Below are positions 10,820-21,417 of a DNA stretch of 64,000 nt, in pieces. The position numbers and the translations under genes are program-made. The stretch is taken from positions 768,001 to 832,000 of the forward strand of contig CAVPZX010000002.1 of assembly GCA_963710375.1 (NCBI GenBank). The letters are read 5' to 3'. The stretch comes from Nitrospirota bacterium. Lineage in GTDB: Bacteria > Nitrospirota > Thermodesulfovibrionia > Thermodesulfovibrionales > Dissulfurispiraceae. The number at the start of each line of letters is the position of its first letter. The stretch's first letter is position 1. The notes below the pieces were generated by a model. That model saw only the letters and a list, made by a program, of their open reading frames with translations. It was not told where the DNA came from and made no database searches.

Positions 10820-12253
10820 ATGAAACGAGGATGTTTCAGGACTCCCACCCTTCCTATTCATGATATCCATGAAGAATGCGGCGTATTCGGCGTTTTTGAC
10901 CATCCTGAAGCAGCCAATCTCGCCTATCTGGGACTTTATGCCCTGCAGCACCGCGGCCAGGAAGGGGCAGGCATTTGCTCTTCCGACGGGAAGAACATTT
11001 ACATAGAAAAGGCGCTCGGCCTCGTCGCCGACATCTTCAGCGAGAAAAGGCTGAAACGACTGCCCGGTTCAATTGCCATAGGTCACAACCGGTATTCAAC
11101 TGCAGGCGGCGGAGGGATCAAGAATGTACAACCCCTCATAGCGAATTTCGCGCTGGGCTCCATAGCCCTGGCGCACAACGGAAACCTTGTCAACGCCGAA
11201 CAGGTAAGGTCAGGACTTGAGGCTGAAGGATCAATCTTCCAATCATCATCAGACAGCGAGGTGATCCTGCACCTGATCGCAAGGTCAAAGCAAGAGGACC
11301 CATACGAGCGCATTATTGAAGCGCTTCGCAGCGTAAGCGGAGCTTACAGCCTCCTGTTCCTAAGAGAATCAGAACTGATCGTTGCACGGGACCCCTTCGG
11401 CGTAAGGCCACTTTCTATCGGCACCGTGGACGGCGCATATGTTGTGGCCTCGGAGACCTGTGCATTTGACCTGATCGGCGCTGAATATATCAGGGATGTT
11501 GAACCCGGTGAATTGATCATAATTGACCGCAACGGCCTGCGTTCCCTGAGAGCGGTGCAAAGCACCAGAAAGGCCCATTGTGTTTTTGAGTTTATCTATT
11601 TTGCCCGGCCCGACAGCTATATTTTCAACCATTCATGCGTGAACACCGTGCGCAAAACTCTGGGCAAACAACTTGCGCTGGAATCCTATGTCGATGCCGA
11701 TATCGTAGTGCCTGTCCCTGATTCCGGGGTGCCTGCGGCGATCGGTTTTGCCGAGCAGTCAGGGATACCTTTTGATTTCGGTCTCATAAGAAACCATTAT
11801 ATAGGGAGAACCTTTATAGAGCCAAAACAGAGCATCCGCCATTTTGGCGTAAAAATAAAGCTCAACCCTGTGCGGGACCTTCTGCAAGGGAAAAGTGTGG
11901 TAGTGGTCGACGACTCCATTGTAAGGGGCACGACGAGCAAGAAAATAGTAAAAATGATCAGGGAGATCGGGGGCGCAAAAAAGGTTCATATGAGAATATG
12001 CTCCCCTCCGACAATTGGCCCCTGCTTTTATGGGATTGATACTCCGACGCGGTATGAACTTATCGCATCGAGCCACATGACCGAAGAGATAAGAAAATAT
12101 CTGACCGCTGACAGCCTTGCCTATATGAGTATAGATGGCTTAAAAAAAATCCTTCCTAATCCCCAGGATTTTTGCACTGCATGCTTTGATAACAAGTATC
12201 CTATAGAATTCCCGGGAAAGCTGCTCGAACAGATGGAATTGGCCTTCTCATGA
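10820..12253 (+). CDS. purF: Amidophosphoribosyltransferase
   Basis: Propeptide followed by EECGVFG; LQHRGQE; VDDSIVRGTT; Fe-S-type Cys motifs PCFYGID and CTAC. Confidence 0.97.
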   Translation: MKRGCFRTPTLPIHDIHEECGVFGVFDHPEAANLAYLGLYALQHRGQEGAGICSSDGKNIYIEKALGLVADIFSEKRLKRLPGSIAIGHNRYSTAGGGGIKNVQPLIANFALGSIALAHNGNLVNAEQVRSGLEAEGSIFQSSSDSEVILHLIARSKQEDPYERIIEALRSVSGAYSLLFLRESELIVARDPFGVRPLSIGTVDGAYVVASETCAFDLIGAEYIRDVEPGELIIIDRNGLRSLRAVQSTRKAHCVFEFIYFARPDSYIFNHSCVNTVRKTLGKQLALESYVDADIVVPVPDSGVPAAIGFAEQSGIPFDFGLIRNHYIGRTFIEPKQSIRHFGVKIKLNPVRDLLQGKSVVVVDDSIVRGTTSKKIVKMIREIGGAKKVHMRICSPPTIGPCFYGIDTPTRYELIASSHMTEEIRKYLTADSLAYMSIDGLKKILPNPQDFCTACFDNKYPIEFPGKLLEQMELAFS

Positions 12254-13380
12254 TCACCTCCGCACTTAGGTCCGTTTATACATCTAACCTCGGCGTAAAG
12301 CACTCTGAGAGGGTGTTGGTGTTCACCGATACCATTACAGCAGCAGAAACTGTCGATGAGCAGGAACACTGCAGAAGGGAACGGCTCAGAGACATAGCGC
12401 TTCTGACTGCCGAGATCGGCAAAGTATACGCAAAAAAAATTATCTACAAGGAATTCCCCGCCACCGGGAGCCACGGTTCAGAGCCTCCAGAGGAACTCTG
12501 GCGCAGCGCCTTTGGTGATACGACACTCAACGAGTTAAGAAAGTCAGAACTTCTCGATGATCTTCTGGATAAAACGCTTGCCGGAGACCGGCTGAATAAG
12601 GCAGCAGCTATAATCGCCAAACATAAAAGGTCTGCAGTCGATGCAGTTATCGCCCTTTCCAATTATTCTACAAGTCATACACAGTTCAGGAATTTTTTGA
12701 CCGGCCTGTGCGGCAGCCGTTATGCCAGCATGCCGCTCTTCGATTTTGCCATGTTCGAGGGACCGATGGGAACTGACTGGAAGGAGTTGTCAAAAAAGAC
12801 TCTTGCAGTCGCAAAGATGGTGAACAAAGCTGAAACTGTTGAGGTGACCGCGCCCAACGGTTCAGGGCTTACCCTGTCAAAGAAGGGCAGAAAGGCTCTA
12901 GCTGATACCGGAATCCTTACCAGACCAGGGGCCTTTGGGAACCTTCCTGCAGGAGAAGTCTTTTTCGCTCCTCTTGAGGAGAATGCACAGGGGGTGCTCG
13001 TACTGGAATGGGCGCCTACACGGCAGTTAAATAAACCTGTAACCTTATTGATCAAAGACGGCGTAGTGCAGGAGGTTTCCGGAGATGATCCGTATGCAGT
13101 TGTCCTTAAGGCAAAACTTGCCGAGCGGCCGGAGAACAGGAACATCGCAGAGCTGGGAATTGGCACCAATAGCATGGCAAAAAGGCCTGACAACATTCTC
13201 GAATCTGAAAAAATACTTGGCACAATACATGTCGCGCTGGGTGACAACAGTTCGTTCGGAGGGAAAATAAGTACCTCGTTTCATCAGGATTTTGTACTAT
13301 TCAAGCCCACCGTAGTCCTGGTGGCAAAAGACAACTCGCAAACCTGTCTGATTAAAAACGGTCGTTTCTCTTATACATAA
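12250..13380 (+). CDS. Metallo-aminopeptidase (M29/aminopeptidase T-like)
   Basis: NLPAGEVF, IAELGIGTN, EKILGTIHVALG and HQDF motifs; overlaps the purF stop. Confidence 0.8.
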   Translation: MITSALRSVYTSNLGVKHSERVLVFTDTITAAETVDEQEHCRRERLRDIALLTAEIGKVYAKKIIYKEFPATGSHGSEPPEELWRSAFGDTTLNELRKSELLDDLLDKTLAGDRLNKAAAIIAKHKRSAVDAVIALSNYSTSHTQFRNFLTGLCGSRYASMPLFDFAMFEGPMGTDWKELSKKTLAVAKMVNKAETVEVTAPNGSGLTLSKKGRKALADTGILTRPGAFGNLPAGEVFFAPLEENAQGVLVLEWAPTRQLNKPVTLLIKDGVVQEVSGDDPYAVVLKAKLAERPENRNIAELGIGTNSMAKRPDNILESEKILGTIHVALGDNSSFGGKISTSFHQDFVLFKPTVVLVAKDNSQTCLIKNGRFSYT

Positions 13381-13443
13381 TCACATTCAGACAGCTTTGG
13401 GGCATAACAACAGGAAGTGGTAAGGAGCGGACCAGGTCAGGAC

Positions 13444-13758
13444 ATGGAAGCGGTTGTCATTTATATAACAGCGCCCAATGAGGAAGAGGGGACGAAGATA
13501 GCGCGTGTGCTTATAGAAGAGCGGCTTGCAGGATGCGTAAATATCGTTAAGCCCATCCGCTCTATTTACCGTTGGCACGAAAATATCGAGGATGATACAG
13601 AGATACTTATGATTGTGAAGACTCAGAAACAGCTTTTTGAATCCCTTGAAAACAGGGTCAGAGAGCTGCACAGCTATACAATCCCCGAGATTATTGCGGT
13701 GCCTGTTGTTGAGGGTTCCAAGGGCTACCTTAAATGGCTTGAGGATGTTACCGGATAG
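13444..13758 (+). CDS. cutA: Divalent-cation tolerance protein CutA
   Basis: LIEERLAGCVNI, SIYRW, HSYTIPEII and YLKWL motifs. Confidence 0.93.
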   Translation: MEAVVIYITAPNEEEGTKIARVLIEERLAGCVNIVKPIRSIYRWHENIEDDTEILMIVKTQKQLFESLENRVRELHSYTIPEIIAVPVVEGSKGYLKWLEDVTG

Positions 13759-13762
13759 CTCA

Positions 13763-14078
13763 ATGAAAGATAAAGACTATACCAGCATAATTTGCAAGGG
13801 ATTCTGCTCTTTTTACAGAGAGGGCAAAGAGGACCTATCCTGCGGCACCTACCTGTTTCTCAGAAACAACCTTACGCTGTGCGAGCCTCCGCTCCGTACT
13901 TGTCTTGTCAAAAATGGATGATCTCCCATCGGGAAACGTTTTTCCTGCGGATGAAGAGATAAAAAGGCTTGTCTGCGATAAATGCGATTTCCTGGTTGAC
14001 GGATGCGATTTCAGGGAAGACGGCTCACATCCCCCCTGCGGTGGATACAGCATTATAGCGATGCTATTAAAACACTAA
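13763..14078 (+). CDS. Cys-rich hypothetical protein (~104 aa) with a +1 frameshift near 13886
   Basis: MKDKDYTSIICKGFCSFY... joins ...VCDKCDFLVDGCDF...PPCGG... if one base in GAGCCTC (13883-13889) is removed; span is 316 = 3n+1. Confidence 0.65.
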
Positions 14079-14095
14079 CTAAGGGCTCGCTCGCC

Positions 14096-14497
14096 CTATG
14101 CTCCGCCAAGCCGGTTGATGATTTTTTCAATTTGTCGCGGTGGTTGCTGATTTTGTGTCATGTTTTCATTGTTGTTTACAGCAGCCTGATTGGAATTATT
14201 ATAAGCCCTGATTGCCTGTGCTGCCTCGGCATTTTGATTTGCCTGGGACTGCTGCACTGCCGGTGTGTTTCCATTTCCGGCCGGAATAGAGGCCTGTGCT
14301 GTCGCAGCCGCTGCTATACCTACAGCGCTTAAAGTAACCGTCACATCTGCTACAGCCGGCACCGGGACGTTTTCGAGTGCACCACCGGCCGGCGCCAATG
14401 CCTGCGTGCGGTTAGCTTTCTTCCCTGGCTGCTGGGTATCGTTAAGGACATCTGCTATATTAGCCACATTATTATTTGGAATCAGGCTTGCCTGCAT
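14096..14497 (-). CDS. Hypothetical low-complexity Ala/Asn/Gln-rich protein
   Basis: Strong RBS AAAGGAGG before the ATG; no recognised domain. Confidence 0.7.
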   Translation of the reverse strand: MQASLIPNNNVANIADVLNDTQQPGKKANRTQALAPAGGALENVPVPAVADVTVTLSAVGIAAAATAQASIPAGNGNTPAVQQSQANQNAEAAQAIRAYNNSNQAAVNNNENMTQNQQPPRQIEKIINRLGGA

Positions 14498-14536
14498 ATG
14501 GTCCTCCTTTAAAAAATAATACCGAAACTAATACTG

Positions 14537-15835
14537 TTATCGACCCTGCTCTTTAAGATAGCCTCTCCTGACCCTGATGGTATTCGAATGGGCCTCAAGC
14601 CCCTCAACCTCTGCAATCGCCTCCACCGTATCTGATAATAGCATAAAACTTTTCCTATCAAATTGCAATACACTAGTCCTCTTGATAAAATCATACACGC
14701 CAAGGGGAGATGAAAACCTGGCAGTGCCTCCTGTAGGTAGGGTGTGGTTGGGTCCGGCAGCATAATCACCCAGAGGTTCAGGTGTCCAGGGACCAAGAAA
14801 GACTGCGCCTGCATTATGAATAAAATCAAGGGTCTTTTCAGGTTGCTCTGTCATTATCTCAAGATGCTCAGGCGCGATACCGTTTGCTATGTCAGAGGCC
14901 TTCTCTATATCCTCTGTCAAAATCATGGCACCAAATCGTTTTAAAGATCTCCTTGCGATATCCAGTCTATTTGGACTTAAACGCCTGACCTGTTTTTCAA
15001 GATCACGGGCAACTTCGCTAATGAGCCTTTCCGAGTCTGTTATCAATATGCTGGAAGCGAGCTCGTCATGCTCTGCCTGGCTTATCATATCTGCCGCAAC
15101 AAAAGCCGGATTTGCAGTTGCATCGGCTATGATCAATATCTCACTCGGTCCCGCAATCATATCGATTGCAACTTCACCGAAAACCATCTTTTTCGCCAGG
15201 GCCACATAGATATTTCCCGGGCCGACTATTTTATCCACTTTTTTTATGATCTTTGTGCCGTATGCCATTGCTCCGATAGCCTGGGCCCCGCCTATCCTGT
15301 ACACCTCCCGCACGCCCAAAAGCTCTATTGCAGCCATAACATATGGGTTTATGTCTCCTCCGGGGGTAGGTACGCACAGGGCAATTTCATCGACCCCTGC
15401 CACGAGCGCAGGAATCACATTCATCAATACCGTTGATGGGTATGAGGCCTTGCCGCCGGGCACATAGACGCCCACACGCGCAAGCGGCCTGATCATCTGC
15501 CCCAGCACTTCACCGTTTGCCCTATATGACCATGAACTCTCCTTTTGTTTTTCATGGAAATTCCTGATCCTGGTTGCAGCGATTTCGAGCGCCTTGATAC
15601 TATGTTTTTCAGCTTTTGCAGCATACTTTTTTATTTCTGTCGGCTTAAGCCTTAAAGGCAGTTCATGCCTGTCAAACCTTTTGGTATATTTTGTTACTGA
15701 CACATCTCCTTTTTTCTTTATATCAGCAAGTATCGCCCGCACCGCTTTCTCAGTACCCGGCTCAATACCGGCAGCCCTCTTTTTGAGCAGCTGAAGAAAG
15801 GTCGCTATTTCACTCTTTTTCTTTAAAATCCTCAT
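14537..15835 (-). CDS. hisD: Histidinol dehydrogenase
   Basis: GVYVPGGKASYPS, IVGPGNIYV, IDMIAGPSE, QAEHD, APEHL and GPNHTLPT motifs; start placed after GGAGG. Confidence 0.97.
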   Translation of the reverse strand: MRILKKKSEIATFLQLLKKRAAGIEPGTEKAVRAILADIKKKGDVSVTKYTKRFDRHELPLRLKPTEIKKYAAKAEKHSIKALEIAATRIRNFHEKQKESSWSYRANGEVLGQMIRPLARVGVYVPGGKASYPSTVLMNVIPALVAGVDEIALCVPTPGGDINPYVMAAIELLGVREVYRIGGAQAIGAMAYGTKIIKKVDKIVGPGNIYVALAKKMVFGEVAIDMIAGPSEILIIADATANPAFVAADMISQAEHDELASSILITDSERLISEVARDLEKQVRRLSPNRLDIARRSLKRFGAMILTEDIEKASDIANGIAPEHLEIMTEQPEKTLDFIHNAGAVFLGPWTPEPLGDYAAGPNHTLPTGGTARFSSPLGVYDFIKRTSVLQFDRKSFMLLSDTVEAIAEVEGLEAHSNTIRVRRGYLKEQGR

Positions 15836-15927
15836 ATTCTCGTCCTCCATTATGTGTACAATAATGAAGTATGTGCGTATTGTCAATCTGACGAACAAAG
15901 ATTAGGTGATGGATTCTGGTTTAGTAA

Positions 15928-16812
15928 TCAGCTTGAAAATTTTGTCTGTCTAAAGCTGGGTTTCTTACGATCAATTTCAGCAATAACCTGGGCACAAAAT
16001 AAAAGGATGACTGCTGCCGCCTCGAAACTGAGAAGTGTCACCACTGCTGCGGCAAAGGAGCCATAAATTAGATTCACCATTGAGAGTGTCGAATAGTACC
16101 ACACCAAGAACCGCCGGGTGATCTCCCACAATATTGTTGCGCCTATTCCTCCGATAAATGCATGATAAAAGGTAATGCGTCCCACAGGCATAACCAAATA
16201 CACCGAAGTCAACATGAGCACCTCACCAATCATGCCCAAGAAGTACAGGATGGTCAATGGTGCACCACTGAGTCTTATCTGCCAGCCGAAAATTAACAAT
16301 TGCGTGTTTTCGAAAACCTCTAACGCTCCAGCAATAAACGATACGAGGAGCATCCCGAGCCCAAGCAGCAAGATATAAATGTAGGGAATAATAGCCGAAA
16401 TTAAAAAATGACGGCGCCGAATCGTGACACGGTGGAAGAAAATGACCGACATAGCATTTTCAAGTACCATAAAGGCAAAAGAACTAAAAAACAACATAAC
16501 AAGAAACCCAATACTTCCGACCACCTGACGGTGATTAACAAATGTTCTCACTTGTTCAGTTAAAGCTGCAGCATAACTCGGGATCACCATGGTCAGATGT
16601 ATGGAAACGGTCTGGAGCAACCTGGCTTCATCCATAAAATGCGAAAGTACAATAAGCATCAGGATTAACATTGGTATGACTGATAAGAGGGTATAATAAG
16701 CAACAGCTCCAGCCAGCAACATTCCCTGATTCCGCTGAAAACTGCGTAGCACGCTCCATAGGAAACCGCCTATCCGGATAGCGAGCGATCCTCTCTTCCT
16801 CGTCTGCTTCAT
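15928..16812 (-). CDS. YihY/BrkB family membrane protein
   Basis: AGAVAYYTLLS and LIYGSFAAAVV motifs; 6-7 hydrophobic segments. Confidence 0.85.
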   Translation of the reverse strand: MKQTRKRGSLAIRIGGFLWSVLRSFQRNQGMLLAGAVAYYTLLSVIPMLILMLIVLSHFMDEARLLQTVSIHLTMVIPSYAAALTEQVRTFVNHRQVVGSIGFLVMLFFSSFAFMVLENAMSVIFFHRVTIRRRHFLISAIIPYIYILLLGLGMLLVSFIAGALEVFENTQLLIFGWQIRLSGAPLTILYFLGMIGEVLMLTSVYLVMPVGRITFYHAFIGGIGATILWEITRRFLVWYYSTLSMVNLIYGSFAAAVVTLLSFEAAAVILLFCAQVIAEIDRKKPSFRQTKFSS

Positions 16813-16888
16813 AGTAAAACAACGCTCACATTTGAAGGTGAAATATCGGAATGCCCATTCTGAAAAAAGTTGACTGAGCCTTGACTCA

Positions 16889-18340
16889 TCAGCGAGATAC
16901 CGGAAGAGTGGGAGATTCGCACTGGTCTGGAGCGTTCCAGCCGCCGCCCAGGGCCTCGATCAGAAGCACACTGGCGCTCATCCTGCGGCCAAGAATATTG
17001 ACTGCGGTGTTTTCGTCGGCCAACTCCGTTGACTGACTGACAATGACGTTGAGGTAGCTGACCGTCCCGGCCTTGTATTGGTTGGTGATCACAGCCACGG
17101 TTTTCCGGGCAGCCTTAACTGCTTCATCCTCCACCCCGGCCTCTTGCTCCAGGATTCGAAGCGCAGCCAGATTGTCTTCGACCTCCTGAAATCCCGTGAG
17201 CACAGCCTGCCGGTAGGAAGCCACACTTGCGTCGTAGGCTGCTCTCGCCTGCTCAGTCATCGCGCTCCTTAAGCCGGCGTCGAACACGGTCTCCGAGATC
17301 GCCGATCCGATTGACCACAAGCGGCTCGGCCATGTCAGCCATTTTGAAATATCAGAGGACGCAAAGCCGCCCGATGCGCTTAGAGTGATACTGGGATAAA
17401 ATGCGGATTCGGCTACTCCTATTTGTGCGTTTGCCGAAGCGACCAATCGCTCGGCAGCAGCGATATCCGGCCTCCGCTGGAGGAGTTCGGACGGTATGCC
17501 TGCTGGAATGGAAGGCGCGACAGCAGACAACGGGGCAAATGGAATCGAAAAATCCGACGCCGGTTTTCCTGCAAGCAACGCGATAGCGTGTTCCATTTGT
17601 GCTCGCTGCACACCGACGTCAATCGCCTGGGCCTCGGTGGTCTTGAGCTGGGTTTCAGCCTGGAGCACGTCAGCAATGGAATCCACGCCTTGCGCATACA
17701 GGGACTTCGTCAGTTCGAGGGACTTTCTATAGTTGGCAACTGTGGAGTCCAAAAGCTGTTTCTGCGCATCCAGTGTGCGCAACTGAAAATAGTCTTGCGC
17801 CAGCTCACCCTGAGAACTCAACTGGGTCGCTCCGAGGTCTGCCGCGCTTGCCTGGGCATTCGCCTGACTGGCTTCGACCGTGCGGCGGACCCGGCCCCAG
17901 ACATCAGGCACCCAGGATACGTTGACAGGCAGTTGGTAGTTCGAAATGCCGGACATGCTGCTTCTTCCTGTGCCGTTCACCACTGAGCTGCGGGTACGCG
18001 TAAAAGAGGCCCCGGCCGTGACTGTTGGAAAATAGCCGGCCCTAGTCTGCTGGACCAGCGCCCGCGCCTGCCGGAACTGGGCTTCAGCCGCAATAATGTT
18101 CTGGTTAGAGATGTTGACCTGCTCTTCGAGGGCATTCAACCGAGGGTCATTAAATATCTCCCACCATGCACCCTTTATGCAATTGTCCTTCGGCTGCGCA
18201 GCCTTCCAGCCGGCCGCTTCCTTATAGGAGGCAGGCACCACGGCTGTCGGCCTCACGTAATCAGGGCCTACTGTACAGGCGGTCAAAAGGGTAAAGGTCC
18301 CGGTGATCATCAAAAACTTTGCGATCTTCTGCTGCATCAT
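16889..18340 (-). CDS. RND efflux outer-membrane lipoprotein (NodT/OpmB-like)
   Basis: Lipobox LTAC-TVGPDY; PSELLQRRPDIAAAER; ALGGGW. Confidence 0.93.
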   Translation of the reverse strand: MMQQKIAKFLMITGTFTLLTACTVGPDYVRPTAVVPASYKEAAGWKAAQPKDNCIKGAWWEIFNDPRLNALEEQVNISNQNIIAAEAQFRQARALVQQTRAGYFPTVTAGASFTRTRSSVVNGTGRSSMSGISNYQLPVNVSWVPDVWGRVRRTVEASQANAQASAADLGATQLSSQGELAQDYFQLRTLDAQKQLLDSTVANYRKSLELTKSLYAQGVDSIADVLQAETQLKTTEAQAIDVGVQRAQMEHAIALLAGKPASDFSIPFAPLSAVAPSIPAGIPSELLQRRPDIAAAERLVASANAQIGVAESAFYPSITLSASGGFASSDISKWLTWPSRLWSIGSAISETVFDAGLRSAMTEQARAAYDASVASYRQAVLTGFQEVEDNLAALRILEQEAGVEDEAVKAARKTVAVITNQYKAGTVSYLNVIVSQSTELADENTAVNILGRRMSASVLLIEALGGGWNAPDQCESPTLPVSR

Positions 18341-21300
18341 TTATGTTCTCCTTTCACACGTTCAATCCAAATCCTGAAACGGTCCATATAAAGGTACATT
18401 ACCGGAGTCGTATAGAGTGTAAGCATTTGGCTGAAGATCAGCCCGCCCACGATGGAGATGCCGAGCGGGCTGCGAAGTTCAGACCCCACGCCGCCACCAA
18501 ATGCCAGAGGCATTGCACCCAAAAGCGCAGCCATTGTCGTCATCATGATTGGACGGAACCGCAGGAGGCAGGCCAGATAGATCGCCTCCTCTGAACTCTT
18601 CCCTTCCTTGCGCTCGGCCTCCAGGGCAAAGTCGATCATCATAATACCGTTCTTCTTCACTATTCCGATCAGCAGGACTATGCCGATAAGGGCAATGACA
18701 CTAAGATCAGTGTGGAATAGCATCATAGCGAGGACCGCCCCAACACCTGCAGAAGGCAGGGTTGAAAGAATTGTGATAGGATGAATGTAACTTTCATACA
18801 GCATCCCTAACACTATGTAGACGGCGACCAGTGCCGCCAGGATCAGAAGCGGTTCATTGGCCAGGGAATCCTTGAATGCCTGTGCCGTACCCGCAAAGGT
18901 GCCCCTGACGCTCGACGGCAACATCATCTGCCGCATGGAGCCCTCAATCGCTTTCACTGCATCTCCAAGCGCGAATCCGCGGGCCACATTAAACGACACC
19001 GTCACTGCCGGAAATTGCCCCTGGTGGTTAATCGCAAGTGATGTAGCAGTCGGTTCGTAATGGGTGAATGCGCTCAGGGGAACCAGCGAACCACTTGACC
19101 CGGAGACGTAGATATCCCTTAGCGTATCCGGGCTCTGCCAGTAGCGGGGAGCAGCCTCCATAACAACGTGGTACTGGTTAAGCAGGGTATAGGTAACAGC
19201 CACCTGGCGCTGGCCAAAAGCGTCATACAGGGTGTCGTCGAGGAGCTTAGGTGCGATGCCAAGCCTCGATGCGGTAGCCCGGTCGATGACGAGCGAGGAC
19301 TGAATCCCTTTGACCTGCTGGTCGCTGCTGACATCTGTAATCTGGGGCAATGTGACCAGCTTCTGGAGCACACGCTGGCCCCAAGTGTTGAGTTCTGTCA
19401 CGTTGTCTCCCTGCAGCGTGAATTGATAAAGTGCGTTGCTTATCTTCCCGCCGATGCGCAAGTCCTGTACCGGCTGGAGAAACGTGGGAGCTCCCGGCAC
19501 CCCGGCAAGCTTTTTGCGCAGTCTCGCAATCAATTGCCATATGCTCACCTTCCGCTCCTCGAAAGGTTTAAGCGTAATGAACATACGGGCGGTATTAGTT
19601 GTAGAACCGCCTCCGCCTGTGAAGCCTATCACGTATACGACCTCGGGGTCTTTCCCGATGATGTCAACTATTCGTGTCAGCTTCCTTTCCATCTCCTGGA
19701 ACGATACTGACTGATCAGCTTGGATGCCCCCCACAAGTCGTCCTATGTCCTGTTCAGGGAAGAAGCCTTTTGGAACTATGATAAACAGGATGATGCTGAC
19801 AGCAATTGTGACCAGCATCAGCATGACCATAAACCGGGAGTGCCGGAGCGCCCAGGAGAGGCTCACTTCATAGCTCCGATGCATCCAGTTGAACGCCTTC
19901 TCGTTCATCCTGTAGAACCGTCCATGCACAAGGTCTTTTTCGGATTTCAGCAATTTAGCGCACATCATGGGGGTCGTGGTCAGCGACACTACGAGAGAGA
20001 TCAGGATTGCGGCAGCGAGTGTCACGGCAAATTCATGGAACAGCCGCCCTACCATGCCTCCCATCAGCAGGATCGGAATAAAAACAGCCACAAGAGAAAC
20101 ACTCATGGAGATGACAGTGAAGGCGATCTCTTTAGTCCCTGACAACGCCGCCTGCAGGGGCGGCTCCCCCTTTTCACTGTACCGGGTTATATTCTCGAGG
20201 ACAACGATGGCGTCGTCAACAACAAATCCTGTCGAAATGGTGAGCGCCATAAGAGAGAGATTATCAAGGGAATAACCTAACAGGTACATCGCGCCGAACG
20301 TGCCTATAATCGACGTACCTACCGCCACGGCGGGAACGACTGTGGCCCTCACGTTTCGCAGAAACCAGAACACCACCATGACGACAAGGAAGGCCGAAGC
20401 AATAAGCGCCCTCTCGACATCGCGCAAAGATCCGCGAATCGGGGGGGTGCGGTCAACGACAACAGAGAGATCAACACCCCCGGGCAGGGCTGCCTTCAGT
20501 TGAGGGAGCAAGCTGCGCACATGATCGACCGTCTCGATAATATTTGCTCCAGGTTGTCTGAAAATAACGACCATGATGCAAGGCTTGCCGTTGACAAACC
20601 CAGCCGCACGCAAGTCCTCCACTGAATCAACGGCAGACCCCACATCCGCGAGCCGCACTGCATTACCGGCACTGTACTTAATAACCAGGGGTATGTACTG
20701 CGCGGCAGTATGCAGCTGGTCGTTAGTGTTGATCTCCCATGTTTTGTCACCCTTTGACAGTTGCCCCTGGGGCCGGTTTACTGTCATGCCGGACAACACG
20801 CTGCGCATGGTTTCGAGGCTGATGCCGTACTTGCTTAGCGCCATGGGGTTAAGCTCGACACGTACTGCGGGCAGCGAACTCCCTCCCACAAATACCTGCC
20901 CTACGCCCTTCACTTGCGACAGCTTTTGCCCCAGTATGGATGAAGCTGCATCGTACATCTGAGGCTTGGCCACCGTGTCAGAGGTAAGTGCCAGGATGAG
21001 AATCGGGGCGTCGGATGGGTTGACTTTGCGGTAGGTCGGGTTGCTCGGCAGAGCTGCCGGCAAGTACGCCCTTGCCGCATTGATAGCTGCCTGAACATCG
21101 CGTGCAGCCCCATCGATGTTGCGGTCCAGTTCGAACTGCAGCGTGATGCTCGTCGAGCCCCGGTTATTGACCGAGGTCATCTCGACCACGCCGGCAATGA
21201 ATCCCAACTGGCGTTCCAACGGAGCGGCGACTGATGTTGCCATGGTCTCCGGGTCTGCTCCAGGGAGCGAAGCCGAAACAGATATCGTCGGAAAGTCGAC

Positions 21301-21417
21301 CTGCGGCAGCGGCGAGACAGGGAGCAGACGGAAGGCAATCACTCCGGCAAGAAGGAGACCGGCCGTGAGAAGCGTTGTCGCCACCGGTCGCTTGATGAAG
21401 ATCGCCGAGATGTTCAT
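18337..21417 (-). CDS. mdtC: RND efflux permease MdtC/MuxC
   Basis: [39 protein letters not shown] and RFRPIMMTT motifs. Confidence 0.9.
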   Translation of the reverse strand: MNISAIFIKRPVATTLLTAGLLLAGVIAFRLLPVSPLPQVDFPTISVSASLPGADPETMATSVAAPLERQLGFIAGVVEMTSVNNRGSTSITLQFELDRNIDGAARDVQAAINAARAYLPAALPSNPTYRKVNPSDAPILILALTSDTVAKPQMYDAASSILGQKLSQVKGVGQVFVGGSSLPAVRVELNPMALSKYGISLETMRSVLSGMTVNRPQGQLSKGDKTWEINTNDQLHTAAQYIPLVIKYSAGNAVRLADVGSAVDSVEDLRAAGFVNGKPCIMVVIFRQPGANIIETVDHVRSLLPQLKAALPGGVDLSVVVDRTPPIRGSLRDVERALIASAFLVVMVVFWFLRNVRATVVPAVAVGTSIIGTFGAMYLLGYSLDNLSLMALTISTGFVVDDAIVVLENITRYSEKGEPPLQAALSGTKEIAFTVISMSVSLVAVFIPILLMGGMVGRLFHEFAVTLAAAILISLVVSLTTTPMMCAKLLKSEKDLVHGRFYRMNEKAFNWMHRSYEVSLSWALRHSRFMVMLMLVTIAVSIILFIIVPKGFFPEQDIGRLVGGIQADQSVSFQEMERKLTRIVDIIGKDPEVVYVIGFTGGGGSTTNTARMFITLKPFEERKVSIWQLIARLRKKLAGVPGAPTFLQPVQDLRIGGKISNALYQFTLQGDNVTELNTWGQRVLQKLVTLPQITDVSSDQQVKGIQSSLVIDRATASRLGIAPKLLDDTLYDAFGQRQVAVTYTLLNQYHVVMEAAPRYWQSPDTLRDIYVSGSSGSLVPLSAFTHYEPTATSLAINHQGQFPAVTVSFNVARGFALGDAVKAIEGSMRQMMLPSSVRGTFAGTAQAFKDSLANEPLLILAALVAVYIVLGMLYESYIHPITILSTLPSAGVGAVLAMMLFHTDLSVIALIGIVLLIGIVKKNGIMMIDFALEAERKEGKSSEEAIYLACLLRFRPIMMTTMAALLGAMPLAFGGGVGSELRSPLGISIVGGLIFSQMLTLYTTPVMYLYMDRFRIWIERVKGEHK

